The notes: generated by a model not told the origin, from the letters alone. Positions 51,996 through 63,007 are shown, numbered from the stretch's first letter. The stretch is DNA of 64,000 nucleotides from Escherichia coli (GCF_044324785.1 NZ_CP172127.1); one strand, 5' to 3'. Translations and numbers: made by a program.

Positions 51996-52748
51996 ATGGC
52001 TGTAACTAAGCTGGTTCTGGTTCGTCATGGCGAAAGTCAGTGGAACAAAGAAAACCGTTTCACCGGTTGGTACGACGTGGATCTGTCTGAGAAAGGCGTA
52101 AGCGAAGCAAAAGCAGCAGGTAAGCTGCTGAAAGAGGAAGGTTACAGCTTTGACTTTGCTTACACCTCTGTGCTGAAACGCGCTATTCATACCCTGTGGA
52201 ATGTGCTGGACGAACTGGATCAGGCATGGCTGCCCGTTGAGAAATCCTGGAAACTGAACGAACGTCACTACGGTGCGTTGCAGGGTCTGAACAAAGCGGA
52301 AACTGCTGAAAAGTATGGCGACGAGCAGGTGAAACAGTGGCGTCGTGGTTTTGCAGTGACTCCGCCGGAACTGACTAAAGATGATGAGCGTTATCCGGGT
52401 CACGATCCGCGTTACGCGAAACTGAGCGAGAAAGAACTGCCGCTGACGGAAAGCCTGGCGCTGACCATTGACCGCGTGATCCCTTACTGGAATGAAACCA
52501 TTCTGCCGCGTATGAAGAGCGGTGAGCGCGTAATCATCGCCGCACACGGTAACTCGTTACGTGCGCTGGTGAAATATCTCGATAACATGAGCGAAGAAGA
52601 GATTCTTGAGCTGAATATCCCGACTGGTGTGCCACTGGTGTATGAGTTCGACGAGAATTTCAAACCGTTGAAACGCTATTATCTGGGTAATGCTGACGAG
52701 ATCGCGGCGAAAGCAGCGGCCGTTGCGAACCAGGGTAAAGCGAAGTAA
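51996..52748 (+). CDS. gpmA: 2,3-bisphosphoglycerate-dependent phosphoglycerate mutase
   Basis: ORF 51981..52748 trimmed to [17 protein letters not shown] (250 aa). Confidence 0.95.
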
Positions 52749-52770
52749 ACGTCATTCGCTTAAAAATGAG

Positions 52771-52802
52771 AAAGCCGACTGCAAGTGAGTCGGCTTTTTT
52801 GT
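52771..52802 (+). terminator. Rho-independent terminator of gpmA
   Basis: aaagccgactgcaagtgagtcggctttttt. Confidence 0.6.
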
Positions 52803-52829
52803 TTGTCGTTGCTAACAATGGAGCACATT

Positions 52830-52870
52830 GCCTGATGCGACGCTGCGCGTCTTATCAGGGCTGCAAACGT
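52830..52870. repeat. REP element
   Basis: gcctgatgcgacgctgcgcgtcttatcaggg between the convergent gpmA and aroG. Confidence 0.5.
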
Positions 52871-52895
52871 ACAGTCATGGCGATTCGACTATAAA

Positions 52896-53948
52896 TTACC
52901 CGCGACGCGCTTTTACTGCATTCGCCAGTTGACGTAACAGAGCATCGGTATCATCCCAGCCAATGCAGGCATCGGTGATGCTCTTGCCATAGGCCAGCGG
53001 TTCCCCACTCTCGAGGCTCTGATTGCCTTCCACCAGATGGCTTTCCACCATCACGCCAATAATGGCCTTTTCGCCACCGGCAATCTGCTGGCAAACGTCA
53101 GTACAAACATCCATCTGCTTTTTGAATTGTTTGGACGAATTAGCATGGCTGAAATCGATCATCACCTGTGCTGGCAGGCCTGCTTTGTTCAGCCCTTCTT
53201 TCACTTCAGCAACGTGCTTCGCGCTGTAGTTAGGCTCTTTACCGCCGCGCAGAATGATATGGCAATCGCCGTTACCGCTGGTATTCACAATCGCCGAATG
53301 CCCCCATTTCGTTACGGACAGGAAGCAGTGCGGCGCACCGGCGGCATTAATGGCATCGATAGCCACTTTAATCGTACCATCAGTGCCATTTTTGAAGCCT
53401 ACCGGGCAAGAAAGCCCTGATGCCAGTTCGCGGTGCACCTGCGATTCCGTAGTACGTGCGCCAATTGCGCCCCAGCTCATCAGGTCAGCGAGATATTGTG
53501 GGGTGATCATATCCAGGAATTCACCCGCCGCTGGCAGACCGCTGTCGTTAATATCGAGCAGCAATTTGCGGGCAATACGCAGACCGTCGTTGATCTGGAA
53601 GCTGTTATCCATATGCGGATCGTTAATCAGCCCTTTCCAGCCCACCGTAGTACGCGGCTTTTCAAAATAGACGCGCATCACGATTTCCAGCTCATCTTGC
53701 AGCTCTTCACGCAGCGTCAGCAAGCGAGCGGCATACTCTTTAGCCGCGACAGGATCATGAATTGAGCACGGACCAATCACCACCAACAGGCGATCATCAT
53801 TACCTTTCAGGATTTTATGGATCGCTTTTCGGGCATGGGCGACCGTATTCGCGGCATTTTCAGTAGCGGGGAATTTTTCCAGCAATGCGACAGGAGGAAG
53901 TAACTCTTTGATTTCTTTGATGCGTAAATCGTCGTTCTGATAATTCAT
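52896..53948 (-). CDS. aroG: Phe-sensitive DAHP synthase
   Basis: 350-aa ORF; synteny. Confidence 0.95.
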   Translation of the reverse strand: MNYQNDDLRIKEIKELLPPVALLEKFPATENAANTVAHARKAIHKILKGNDDRLLVVIGPCSIHDPVAAKEYAARLLTLREELQDELEIVMRVYFEKPRTTVGWKGLINDPHMDNSFQINDGLRIARKLLLDINDSGLPAAGEFLDMITPQYLADLMSWGAIGARTTESQVHRELASGLSCPVGFKNGTDGTIKVAIDAINAAGAPHCFLSVTKWGHSAIVNTSGNGDCHIILRGGKEPNYSAKHVAEVKEGLNKAGLPAQVMIDFSHANSSKQFKKQMDVCTDVCQQIAGGEKAIIGVMVESHLVEGNQSLESGEPLAYGKSITDACIGWDDTDALLRQLANAVKARRG

Positions 53949-54018
53949 GTCTGTTCCAGTGTTGCCATACTTATCTTAGTGAATGCAATACTTCCAATCT
54001 ATATCTTCCGTCAGAATG

Positions 54019-54036
54019 TGTAAACGGGGTTTTACA
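54019..54036. promoter_or_regulatory. TyrR box at the aroG promoter
   Basis: tgtaaacggggttttaca (TGTAAA-N6-TTTACA). Confidence 0.6.
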
Positions 54037-54263
54037 CTATGAACGGATTAATCCTGGAATTAGCAAGAAAAACGCCAGATTGTCGCGAAAAACGAGATCT
54101 CTCCTACAATTTCTAACTGTAACTCCTTTGTTTGTTAATTATTTCAAGATTCTCTGCTGGGTATCTTTGCCTGGCTGAAATCTTAAACCATTGCCTTATA
54201 TTCACCTGCAAATGCACTGTTGGAAGAGGTTATCCGACATAACGACCATAACAGGAGCATCCT

Positions 54264-54644
54264 ATGAAAATGACAAAACTGGCCACACTATTTTTGACTG
54301 CCACTCTAAGCCTTGCCAGCGGTGCCGCACTGGCTGCCGATAGCGGAGCGCAAAGCAATAACGGCCAGGCAAACGCCGCAGCTGATGCGGGCCAGGTAGC
54401 CCCTGATGCCCGTGAAAATGTCGCGCCAAATAACGTCGACAATAACGGGGTAAATACCGGTTCTGGCGGCACAATGCTGCATCCGGATGGTTCTTCAATG
54501 AACAATGACGGCATGACCAAAGATGAAGAGCACAAGAACACCATGTGCAAAGATGGTCGCTGCCCGGATATCAATAAAAAAGTCCAAACCGGTGATGGCA
54601 TCAACAATGATGTCGATACCAAAACCGACGGTACCACGCAGTAA
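54264..54644 (+). CDS. ybgS: YbgS, secreted Gly/Asn/Asp-rich protein
   Basis: 126-aa ORF with signal peptide; synteny. Confidence 0.85.
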   Translation: MKMTKLATLFLTATLSLASGAALAADSGAQSNNGQANAAADAGQVAPDARENVAPNNVDNNGVNTGSGGTMLHPDGSSMNNDGMTKDEEHKNTMCKDGRCPDINKKVQTGDGINNDVDTKTDGTTQ

Positions 54645-54757
54645 CCCTGCGAAATAGCCAATAATGGGAGAGCGGAGTCTCTCCCTTTTAATTTTTCCCT
54701 TCTAAAAGCAGTATGATGTCATAAAGTTAAGTGAGAATAATTAAGGGATGACTCGTC

Positions 54758-55693
54758 ATGGCGCACTCACACACTTCCTCACACCTGCCAGAAGATAATA
54801 ATGCTCGTCGCTTGTTGTATGCTTTCGGCGTGACTGCCGGGTTTATGCTCGTAGAAGTCATTGGTGGTTTTCTTTCCGGTTCTCTGGCATTGCTGGCCGA
54901 TGCGGGTCATATGTTGACCGATACTGCCGCCCTGCTTTTCGCCCTACTCGCCGTGCAATTTTCACGTCGACCTCCCACCATTCGCCACACTTTCGGTTGG
55001 CTAAGATTGACCACGCTCGCAGCATTTGTGAATGCTATCGCCCTGGTGGTGATTACCATTTTGATTGTCTGGGAGGCGATAGAACGCTTCCGCACACCGC
55101 GTCCGGTCGAGGGCGGCATGATGATGGCAATTGCCGTGGCTGGGCTGTTGGCAAATATACTTTCTTTCTGGTTACTTCATCACGGCAGCGAAGAGAAAAA
55201 CCTCAACGTGCGAGCAGCGGCACTGCATGTGCTCGGGGACCTGCTGGGTTCGGTTGGGGCTATTATTGCCGCGTTGATTATTATCTGGACCGGCTGGACA
55301 CCTGCTGACCCCATTCTCTCAATACTGGTGTCGCTTCTGGTTCTGCGTAGCGCGTGGCGACTGTTGAAAGATAGCGTGAATGAATTACTTGAAGGTGCAC
55401 CGGTATCGCTGGATATCGCCGAACTGAAGCGTCGTATGTGCCGGGAAATCCCGGAAGTCCGCAATGTGCACCATGTACATGTATGGATGGTAGGCGAGAA
55501 GCCGGTGATGACGCTGCATGTGCAGGTGATCCCGCCACACGATCACGATGCCTTGTTAGATCAGATCCAACACTACCTGATGGATCACTATCAGATTGAG
55601 CACGCCACTATTCAGATGGAATATCAACCTTGTCATGGGCCAGACTGCCACCTGAATGAAGGGGTGTCTGGCCATTCACATCATCACCATTAA
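54758..55693 (+). CDS. zitB: Zinc efflux transporter ZitB (cation diffusion facilitator)
   Basis: 311-aa ORF with His-rich N- and C-termini. Confidence 0.93.
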
Positions 55694-56409
55694 TGGGACA
55701 GCGCGCGTGAACCTCTTTCGCGTGCGCTGTTGATCCACATCCGGCTGCCGTTGAGGGCAATAAAGGTCAGGATGATGTACTCCAGAGACATGGCGTAAAC
55801 GCCCTGAAGTGCAAAAATAACGACGCTAATCACGTTAATAATCACCCACAACAGCCAGTTTTCCACATACTTACGCGTCATCAGAATCATTGCCACGATA
55901 GATAACACCATCATACAGGAATCCCAGAACGGGAAAGCGTCCGGTTGCAGTTCAGGCATCGCAACCTGTAATCCTAATGCTTGCATGATCATGACTGCCA
56001 CGCGGGTCAAAAATGCAAACACCGGATTGATAAATACCGTCATCAGACCAATCGAAACAACGCAAACCGCTAACCAGCTTAGCGCCTTCGGCAATGGCAA
56101 CCAGCGAATTTTCAACTCCGCCTCGTTCTGACTGGTTTGTCGCGACCACGCATACCAGCCGTAAATATTCGCGGCAAAGAAAAACACTTGTAAGAGCAGG
56201 CTGGCATACAGCTGAATCTGAAAGAAAATAATGCCAAACAAGGTGACGTTGATCAGGCCAAAGAAGTAGTTGCTGATCTTCTCCAGACTGGCAAGGCCAA
56301 TACACAGCAACCCGGCGATCGTGCCTACCGCTTCGATCCATGAGAGATCATAACCGCCTGCTCCTATTGGTATATGTACCAGGATATTCTGCACACTAAA
56401 AAAATCCAT
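55690..56409 (-). CDS. pnuC: Nicotinamide riboside transporter PnuC
   Basis: 239-aa membrane ORF downstream of nadA. Confidence 0.93.
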
Positions 56410-56446
56410 CTTTCCCCCAAAGCGTAACGTTACGCCTTATTATTCG

Positions 56447-57490
56447 TTATCCACGTAGTGTAGCCGCAAAATACAGCATACGATTGAGCGGCACTAGCGC
56501 CCTCTCTCGCAGCCTTTCATCAACATGAACCTCGTGATTGCTTCCTTCCTGTTCTAATGCCTCTGCGATGGCCTGAAGGCCATTCATGGCCATCCACGGA
56601 CAATGCGCGCAGCTGCGGCAGGTTGCACCCTCACCTGCGGTTGGTGCTTCCAGTAACTCTTTATCTGGCACCGCCTGCTGCATTTTGTAGAAAATACCCC
56701 GATCGGTTGCCACAATAATCCTCTGATGTGGCAATGTTTTCGCAGCAGCGATCAGTTGACTGGTGGAACCGACCGCATCCGCCATATCGACAATAGCGTG
56801 TGGTGATTCTGGATGCACCAGTATGGCAGCATCCGGGTATTCTTCTTGCAAGCGGGTTAACGCCTGAGTCTTAAATTCATCATGCACAATGCAGGCACCC
56901 TGCCAGCATAAAATGTCTGCGCCCGTCTGTTTTTGCACGTAACGCCCCAGATGTTTGTCGGGTGCCCAGATGATTTTTTCACCCAAACTATCCAGATGAT
57001 CAATAAGTTCGACGGCAATGCTTGAAGTTACCACCCAATCTGCCCGCGCTTTTACCGCAGCAGAAGTGTTGGCGTAGACGACGACAGTATGATCGGGATG
57101 GGCATCGCAAAATACGTTAAATTCTTCAACAGGGCAGCCGAGATCCAGTGAACATTCAGCCTGAAGTGTCGGCATCAGAATTGTTTTTTCCGGACTGAGA
57201 ATTTTGGCGGTTTCTCCCATAAATCTCACCCCAGCGACTAACAACGTAGAAGCGGGATGCTTTGCACCGAAGCGCGCCATTTCCAGAGAATCAGAAATAC
57301 AGCCACCGGTTTCTTCTGCCAGTTGTTGAATTTCGGGATCGGTATAGTAGTGGGCAACCATCACCGCATTACGTTCTTTTAGCAGACGTTTTATCTTCTC
57401 GCGGTAATACGCTTTTTCATCAATGCTTAACGGCGTCGGCTTCGGGGGGAAAGGATAAATCGCCGTGTCTGGATCAAACATCACGCTCAT
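56447..57490 (-). CDS. nadA: Quinolinate synthase NadA
   Basis: 347-aa ORF; synteny. Confidence 0.95.
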   Translation of the reverse strand: MSVMFDPDTAIYPFPPKPTPLSIDEKAYYREKIKRLLKERNAVMVAHYYTDPEIQQLAEETGGCISDSLEMARFGAKHPASTLLVAGVRFMGETAKILSPEKTILMPTLQAECSLDLGCPVEEFNVFCDAHPDHTVVVYANTSAAVKARADWVVTSSIAVELIDHLDSLGEKIIWAPDKHLGRYVQKQTGADILCWQGACIVHDEFKTQALTRLQEEYPDAAILVHPESPHAIVDMADAVGSTSQLIAAAKTLPHQRIIVATDRGIFYKMQQAVPDKELLEAPTAGEGATCRSCAHCPWMAMNGLQAIAEALEQEGSNHEVHVDERLRERALVPLNRMLYFAATLRG

Positions 57491-57562
57491 CTTACCATCT
57501 CGTTTTACAGGCTTAACGTTAAAACCGACATGAGCGTAATATTCGCTGTTATCGGTGAAATT

Positions 57563-57580
57563 TGTTTTATATGCTAAACA
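57563..57580 (-). promoter_or_regulatory. NadR operator at the nadA promoter
   Basis: Minus strand reads tgtttagcatataaaaca (TGTTTA-N6-AAAACA), about 70 bp upstream of nadA. Confidence 0.55.
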
Positions 57581-57706
57581 AGATAGTCGAATGGTGGGGA
57601 AAAGTCACTCGAATTACGCCTAATTCCACCGACGTAGAGTTGCTTGCAAAGTAAGCTCTGAAGATGTCATCAGGTTACAAAGTGAAATTGAGGATGCCTG
57701 AATAGC

Positions 57707-57737
57707 CAAAAAGCGCCTTTAGGGCGCTTTTTTACAT
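57707..57737 (-). terminator. Second copy of the tRNA-operon terminator hairpin, part of a duplicated unit
   Basis: aaaaagcgcctttagggcgcttttttacat, identical to the copy at 57863..57892. Confidence 0.5.
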
Positions 57738-57862
57738 TGGTGGGTCGTGCAGGATGACTCGCTTCGCTCGCCCTTCGGGCCGTCGCCGCGAGCGGCTCCG
57801 TTGTTTCGCTGCGCTCAACTCAAACCTGCTGCAGGTTCGAATCTTTGAGTATCGCAGATAGC
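57738..57862 (-). repeat. Degenerate tRNA-Lys-derived unit: 17-nt copy of the tRNA-Lys 3' end, then diverged sequence
   Basis: tggtgggtcgtgcagga is identical to the 3' end of the adjacent tRNA-Lys genes; the rest is no longer tRNA-like but keeps a T-arm-like ctgcaggttcgaatc. Confidence 0.6.
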
Positions 57863-57893
57863 AAAAAAGCGCCTTTAGGGCGCTTTTTTACAT
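57863..57893 (-). terminator. Rho-independent terminator of the lysT tRNA operon
   Basis: Hairpin gcgcctttagggcgc flanked by A/T runs, immediately 3' of the last tRNA. Confidence 0.65.
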
Positions 57894-57969
57894 TGGTGGG
57901 TCGTGCAGGATTCGAACCTGCGACCAATTGATTAAAAGTCAACTGCTCTACCAACTGAGCTAACGACCC
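57894..57969 (-). tRNA. lysQ: tRNA-Lys (UUU)
   Basis: 76-nt reverse complement matches E. coli tRNA-Lys with anticodon loop cuUUUaa and CCA end. Symbol assigned by position in the cluster. Confidence 0.93.
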
Positions 57970-58002
57970 CTTGCGGGATTATGCTGCTTTAATCATTCAG
58001 GA

Positions 58003-58078
58003 TGGTGGGTCGTGCAGGATTCGAACCTGCGACCAATTGATTAAAAGTCAACTGCTCTACCAACTGAGCTAACGACCC
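58003..58078 (-). tRNA. lysZ: tRNA-Lys (UUU)
   Basis: Identical 76-nt tRNA-Lys sequence. Confidence 0.93.
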
Positions 58079-58126
58079 ATACGGGTGTTACCTGAAAGAT
58101 TTCTACTCGGAACCAATCTTTAAAAT

Positions 58127-58224
58127 TGGTGGGTCGTGCAGGATGACTCGCTTCGCTCGCCCTACGGGCCGTTGCTGACGCAACGTTATCCTTCACGCTT
58201 AACATCTGAGTTTGATGTTAAAAT
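58127..58224 (-). repeat. Spacer unit with a 17-nt tRNA-Lys 3'-end stub and a conserved hairpin
   Basis: tggtgggtcgtgcagga followed by tgactcgcttcgctcgccctacgggccgttgctgacgcaacg... Confidence 0.6.
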
Positions 58225-58300
58225 TGGTGGGTCGTGCAGGATTCGAACCTGCGACCAATTGATTAAAAGTCAACTGCTCTACCAACTGAGCTAACGACCC
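58225..58300 (-). tRNA. lysY: tRNA-Lys (UUU)
   Basis: Identical 76-nt tRNA-Lys sequence. Confidence 0.93.
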
Positions 58301-58303
58301 GAG

Positions 58304-58379
58304 TGGTGGGTGATGACGGGATCGAACCGCCGACCCCCTCCTTGTAAGGGAGGTGCTCTCCCAGCTGAGCTAATCACCC
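58304..58379 (-). tRNA. valZ: tRNA-Val (UAC)
   Basis: Reverse complement is gggtgattagctcagctgggagagcacctcccttacaaggagggggtcggcggttcgatcccgtcatcacccacca. Confidence 0.93.
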
Positions 58380-58430
58380 GATACTGCGCTGGATACTACA
58401 AACTACTTCCACCGAACCCACCGTAATTAG

Positions 58431-58506
58431 TGGTGGGTCGTGCAGGATTCGAACCTGCGACCAATTGATTAAAAGTCAACTGCTCTACCAACTGAGCTAA
58501 CGACCC
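58431..58506 (-). tRNA. lysW: tRNA-Lys (UUU)
   Basis: Identical 76-nt tRNA-Lys sequence. Confidence 0.93.
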
Positions 58507-58508
58507 GG

Positions 58509-58584
58509 TGGTGGGTGATGACGGGATCGAACCGCCGACCCCCTCCTTGTAAGGGAGGTGCTCTCCCAGCTGAGCTAATCACCC
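58509..58584 (-). tRNA. valT: tRNA-Val (UAC)
   Basis: Identical 76-nt tRNA-Val sequence. Confidence 0.93.
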
Positions 58585-58619
58585 GATACTACGCTGGATA
58601 CTACAACTAACTATGTTAG

Positions 58620-58719
58620 TGGTGGGTCGTGCAGGATGACTCGACTTCGTCTCGCCCTTCGGGCCGTTGCTGATGCAACGTTATCCTTCACGTTTTACTA
58701 CCGCTTCCACCTTAGCGAT
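58620..58719 (-). repeat. Spacer unit with a 17-nt tRNA-Lys 3'-end stub and a conserved hairpin
   Basis: tggtgggtcgtgcagga followed by tgactcgacttcgtctcgcccttcgggccgttgctgatgcaacg...; closely similar to the unit at 58127..58224. Confidence 0.6.
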
Positions 58720-58795
58720 TGGTGGGTCGTGCAGGATTCGAACCTGCGACCAATTGATTAAAAGTCAACTGCTCTACCAACTGAGCTAACGACCC
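58720..58795 (-). tRNA. lysT: tRNA-Lys (UUU)
   Basis: Identical 76-nt tRNA-Lys sequence; first gene of the operon. Confidence 0.93.
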
Positions 58796-58913
58796 ACTTT
58801 TTCGTTGCTTTCGGTTTGTTTGATATCCCGTGGCAACGGCGGCATATATTACTGATTTCAGACTTGAGCGCAACAAAAATTTCGATGTAGATCACTCAAC
58901 TGCTTATGATTCG

Positions 58914-58952
58914 CACGACACGACCAGAAATAATGCGACTTCTGGTCGTGTG
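58914..58952 (-). terminator. Hairpin downstream of cpoB
   Basis: cacgacacgaccagaaataatgcgacttctggtcgtgtg, about 10 bp past the cpoB stop. Confidence 0.45.
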
Positions 58953-58959
58953 TTATGCA

Positions 58960-59751
58960 TTACATCGCGTTCAGACGTTTTTGCGCCTGTTTAGCGCCAT
59001 CAGTACCAGGATATTTACTGATAACCTGCTGGTATACGGCTTTCGCTTTTGCGGTGTCACCTTTGTCCTGCATGATGACGCCGACTTTAAACATCGCATC
59101 TGCAGCCTTTGGTGACTTCGGATAGTTTTTCACTACCGAAGCAAAATAGTACGCCGCATCATCTTTTTTACCCTTGTTGTAGTTTAACTGACCCAGCCAA
59201 TAATTGGCGTTTGGCAGGTAAGTTGAATCAGGGTAATTTTTGATGAAATTCTGAAATGCCACCATTGCGTCATCCTGGCGGGATTTATCCTGCACCAGCG
59301 CAATAGCTGCATTGTAATCCGTGTTTGCATCACCGCTTTTCACCGGCGCGCCAGCATTCGCAGTACCAGCATCAGCTGTCGGCGTCGTTGATGCCGCCGC
59401 ACCGCTTTGATCACCGCTGGTTGATTGCGCCGCTGCACCACCGCTGCTGAGGCTGTCGATCTGCAACAGGATCTGCTTTTGCCGCTCCACGACCTGATTC
59501 AGTTGATACTGATTTTCCTGAATCTGACCGCGCAGGGAATCAATATCGGATTGATTATCAGAGAGTTGTTGCTGGAGTTGGGTTAAAAGCTGGCTGTGAG
59601 CATTTGAAATACGCTCAAGTTGAGTGACGCGGTCTTCGACCGAGCCTGAGCCGACACTACTGATTGGTGCCTGAGCAAAAGCGGCCCAGGGGGCCGCTAT
59701 ACCAACCAGTAACGACAGACTCAATAGTTGATGTCTGAAGTTACTGCTCAT
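58960..59751 (-). CDS. cpoB: Cell division coordinator CpoB (YbgF), TPR-repeat periplasmic protein
   Basis: 263-aa ORF with signal peptide, coiled coil and TPR repeats, downstream of pal. Confidence 0.93.
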   Translation of the reverse strand: MSSNFRHQLLSLSLLVGIAAPWAAFAQAPISSVGSGSVEDRVTQLERISNAHSQLLTQLQQQLSDNQSDIDSLRGQIQENQYQLNQVVERQKQILLQIDSLSSGGAAAQSTSGDQSGAAASTTPTADAGTANAGAPVKSGDANTDYNAAIALVQDKSRQDDAMVAFQNFIKNYPDSTYLPNANYWLGQLNYNKGKKDDAAYYFASVVKNYPKSPKAADAMFKVGVIMQDKGDTAKAKAVYQQVISKYPGTDGAKQAQKRLNAM

Positions 59752-59760
59752 GCAATTCTC

Positions 59761-60306
<546 letters not shown>

Positions 60307-60316
60307 TTAATTATTA

Positions 60317-61609
60317 TCACAGATACGGCGACCAGGCAGGGAATTTGACCTGTCCATCAGTTGCCGGAAGACGCGCTTTGAAACGCCCATCTGTAGAAAC
60401 CAAATTCAGCACGGATCCCATCCCCTGAGAAGAGCTGTAGATTACCATAGTGCCGTTAGGTGCCAGACTTGGCGTTTCATCCAGGAACGTGGACGACAGA
60501 ACTTGTACGCCTCCCGTTGCCAGATCTTGTTTGGCAATGTGCTGCTGCCCACCATTGGAGCTGACCATTACCATAAATTTACCGTCGCTGCTGACATCCG
60601 CATCCTGGTTCTGCGAACCTTCCCAGGTAATACGTTGTGGCGCACCGCCGTTGATATTCACTTTATAAACCTGTGGACGACCGGCCTGGTCAGAAGTAAA
60701 TGCCAGGTTCTGGCTGTCCGGGAACCAGGTCGGTTCGGTATTGTTACTGCGACCATCCGTCACCTGGCGGATCTGACCAGAAGCCAAATCCATTACGTAC
60801 AGGTTCAGACTACCGGTTTTCGACAAGGCGAATGCCAGTTTGCTGCCGTCTGGCGAGAATGCAGGTGCACCGTTGTGACGCGGGAATGAAGCCACCTGAC
60901 GTACAGCGCCATTTGCCAGCGTTTGGATGACCAGCGCGGAACGACCGCTTTCGAAGGTCACATAAGCCAGTTTAGAACCGTCTGGTGACCACGCCGGAGA
61001 CATCAGCGGCTGCGGTGAACGGTGAACGACAAACTGGTTGTAACCGTCATAGTCAGATACGCGCAGTTCATACGGGAACTGACCGCCGTTGGTCTGAACA
61101 ACGTAGGCAATACGGGTACGGAACGCACCTTTAATGCCGGTCAGTTTTTCAAACACTTCATCACTGGCGGTATGACCAGCATAACGCAGCCACTGCTTGT
61201 TCACTTTGTACGAGTTCTGAGCAAGTACAGTACCCGGTGCGCCGCCAGTGTCAACAAGTTGATAAGCAACATTGTAAGAACCATCCGGATTCGGAGTGAC
61301 CTGACCGACAACTACAGCGTCAATACCCAGCGCAGACCATGCAGCTGGTTGTACTTCCTGCGCACTACCCGGCTGCTGTGGCAGACGAGCGCGATCTAAC
61401 GGATTAAATTTACCGCTGTTACGCAAGTCAGCAGCAACGATACCGCCAATATCTTCAGGTGCCGCACCAGGACCCGCCCACTGGAAAGGAACAACGCCAA
61501 TAGGACGACCGGAATCTACACCGCTGTCGATCACAATGCGGACTTCAGCATGCAGAACTGATGCCCACAGTATGAGAAAACCAAATGCTACTCGTAATGC
61601 CTGCTTCAT
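60317..61609 (-). CDS. tolB: Tol-Pal system periplasmic protein TolB
   Basis: ORF 60317..61612 (430 or 431 aa) with signal peptide and beta-propeller. Confidence 0.95.
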   Translation of the reverse strand: MKQALRVAFGFLILWASVLHAEVRIVIDSGVDSGRPIGVVPFQWAGPGAAPEDIGGIVAADLRNSGKFNPLDRARLPQQPGSAQEVQPAAWSALGIDAVVVGQVTPNPDGSYNVAYQLVDTGGAPGTVLAQNSYKVNKQWLRYAGHTASDEVFEKLTGIKGAFRTRIAYVVQTNGGQFPYELRVSDYDGYNQFVVHRSPQPLMSPAWSPDGSKLAYVTFESGRSALVIQTLANGAVRQVASFPRHNGAPAFSPDGSKLAFALSKTGSLNLYVMDLASGQIRQVTDGRSNNTEPTWFPDSQNLAFTSDQAGRPQVYKVNINGGAPQRITWEGSQNQDADVSSDGKFMVMVSSNGGQQHIAKQDLATGGVQVLSSTFLDETPSLAPNGTMVIYSSSQGMGSVLNLVSTDGRFKARLPATDGQVKFPAWSPYL

Positions 61610-61741
61610 CATATCTCCCTTATCTGGACCGATGGCCCACGATAATTTAGCAGAATGTTAACAAACTAAAATACACAAAACTACCAGAACCCCGTGGCAA
61701 CCGGAGCCTGATGTTGACCGTCGGAACAGTCAGCATCGCGA

Positions 61742-63007
61742 TTACGGTTTGAAGTCCAATGGCGCGTTTTTGAACACTTCATATACTGCCTGGCTTGGTG
61801 GTTTCGGGATCTTCGCAAGTTTAGCTGCTGCCAACGCAGCCTGACAAAGTGCGGGATCGCCACCTTCAGGTTTGATATCCAGTAACATACCATCGGGTGC
61901 CAGTTTTATGCGCAGCGTACAGGTTTTGCCTGCATAGGACGATGCGTCATAGAACTTACTTTCGATAGCAGATTTAATCTGCCCGGCATAGTTATTGATA
62001 TCGGCCCCTGATGCGCCATTGTTTTTAGTATTACCACTCCCGGCTGGCGAAGCATTGTTCCCTTTCGCCCCTCCCCCCGTTTTCGGTGCATTCTTACCAG
62101 AGCTTAGCTCACCGAAAATATCATCTGCCTCTGCGGCCGCTTTTGCTGCAGCGGCTTTTTCAGCTGCTGCTTTTGCAGCTGCCGCTTTTTTGTCTGCGGC
62201 GGCTTTTTCTGCCGCTGCTTTCTTATCAGCTGCTGCCTTTTCAGCAGCCGCTTTTTCTGCTGCTTTTTTGTCGGCTGCAGCTTTCTCTGCTGCCGCTTTC
62301 TTATCAGCTGCAGCCTTTTCAGCAGCCGCTTTCTTCTCAGCTTCTGCCTTGGCTTTTTCAGCAGCTTCAGTTGCCGCTTTCTTTCTTGCTTCAGCTGCAG
62401 CTGCTTCTGCCGCTTCCGCTTTCTTCTTCAGTGCCGCCGCGGCTGCCTCGGCTTTTTTCTGCGCTTCGGCTGCGGCTTTGGCGGCTTCTGCTTCTGCTTT
62501 TTTCTTCGCGTCTGCAGCCGCTTTCTTCGCAGCTTCTTCCGCAGCTTTAGCATCCGCTTCGGCCTTCGCTTTAGCATCTGCCGCCGCTTTCGCTGCCGCC
62601 TCTTCCGCTTGCTTCTGCTTTAACTCGGCCTGTTTTGCGGCTTCTTCAGCCTGCTTTTTCTGCTCCTGAGCCGCTAACCGCTCTTTCTCAAGTTGCTTCA
62701 GGCGTTCCTGTTCAGCCGCTTGTTTCTCACGCAGTTCTTCAGCAGCCTGCTGTTCCTTCATCTTGCGCTGCTCATCAGAACGCTTCGCGCTTGATTCCTG
62801 GCTTTGCATGCGTTTGTACTGCTCAACTACCGCACCTGAATCAACCATGACAGCGTCGATGGACGAACCACCGCCGCCTCCGGCTGAAGCTTCTATATTC
62901 TCATCGAACGAACTCCAGATCAGCGCCGCAAATAAGATGACATGCAGCACTGCTGAAATAATTATCGCCCGCTTGAGCTTGTCGTTTTGTTCGGTTGCCT
63001 TTGACAC
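61742..63007 (-). CDS. tolA: Tol-Pal system protein TolA
   Basis: 421-aa ORF with N-terminal TM anchor, long Ala/Lys/Glu-rich helical domain II and C-terminal domain III. Confidence 0.95.
   Translation of the reverse strand: MSKATEQNDKLKRAIIISAVLHVILFAALIWSSFDENIEASAGGGGGSSIDAVMVDSGAVVEQYKRMQSQESSAKRSDEQRKMKEQQAAEELREKQAAEQERLKQLEKERLAAQEQKKQAEEAAKQAELKQKQAEEAAAKAAADAKAKAEADAKAAEEAAKKAAADAKKKAEAEAAKAAAEAQKKAEAAAAALKKKAEAAEAAAAEARKKAATEAAEKAKAEAEKKAAAEKAAADKKAAAEKAAADKKAAEKAAAEKAAADKKAAAEKAAADKKAAAAKAAAEKAAAAKAAAEADDIFGELSSGKNAPKTGGGAKGNNASPAGSGNTKNNGASGADINNYAGQIKSAIESKFYDASSYAGKTCTLRIKLAPDGMLLDIKPEGGDPALCQAALAAAKLAKIPKPPSQAVYEVFKNAPLDFKP
62100..62700. repeat. Degenerate tandem coding repeats in tolA domain II
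   Basis: Repeated gcagc/ctgc-rich units encoding the KAAAEKAAADKKAAAE periodicity; they generate long spurious plus-strand ORFs. Confidence 0.7.

Noticed and set aside
57700-58800. Possible CRISPR-like array, suggested by regularly spaced identical 76-nt units
   Set aside because: The repeats are complete tRNA-Lys and tRNA-Val genes with proper cloverleaf sequence and CCA ends, and the spacers are tRNA-operon spacers; no cas genes are present.
61995-62669. 224-aa and 154-aa plus-strand ORFs of Ala/Ser/Phe- or Leu/Gln/Pro-rich low-complexity sequence
   Set aside because: Artefacts of the repetitive tolA domain II read on the opposite strand.
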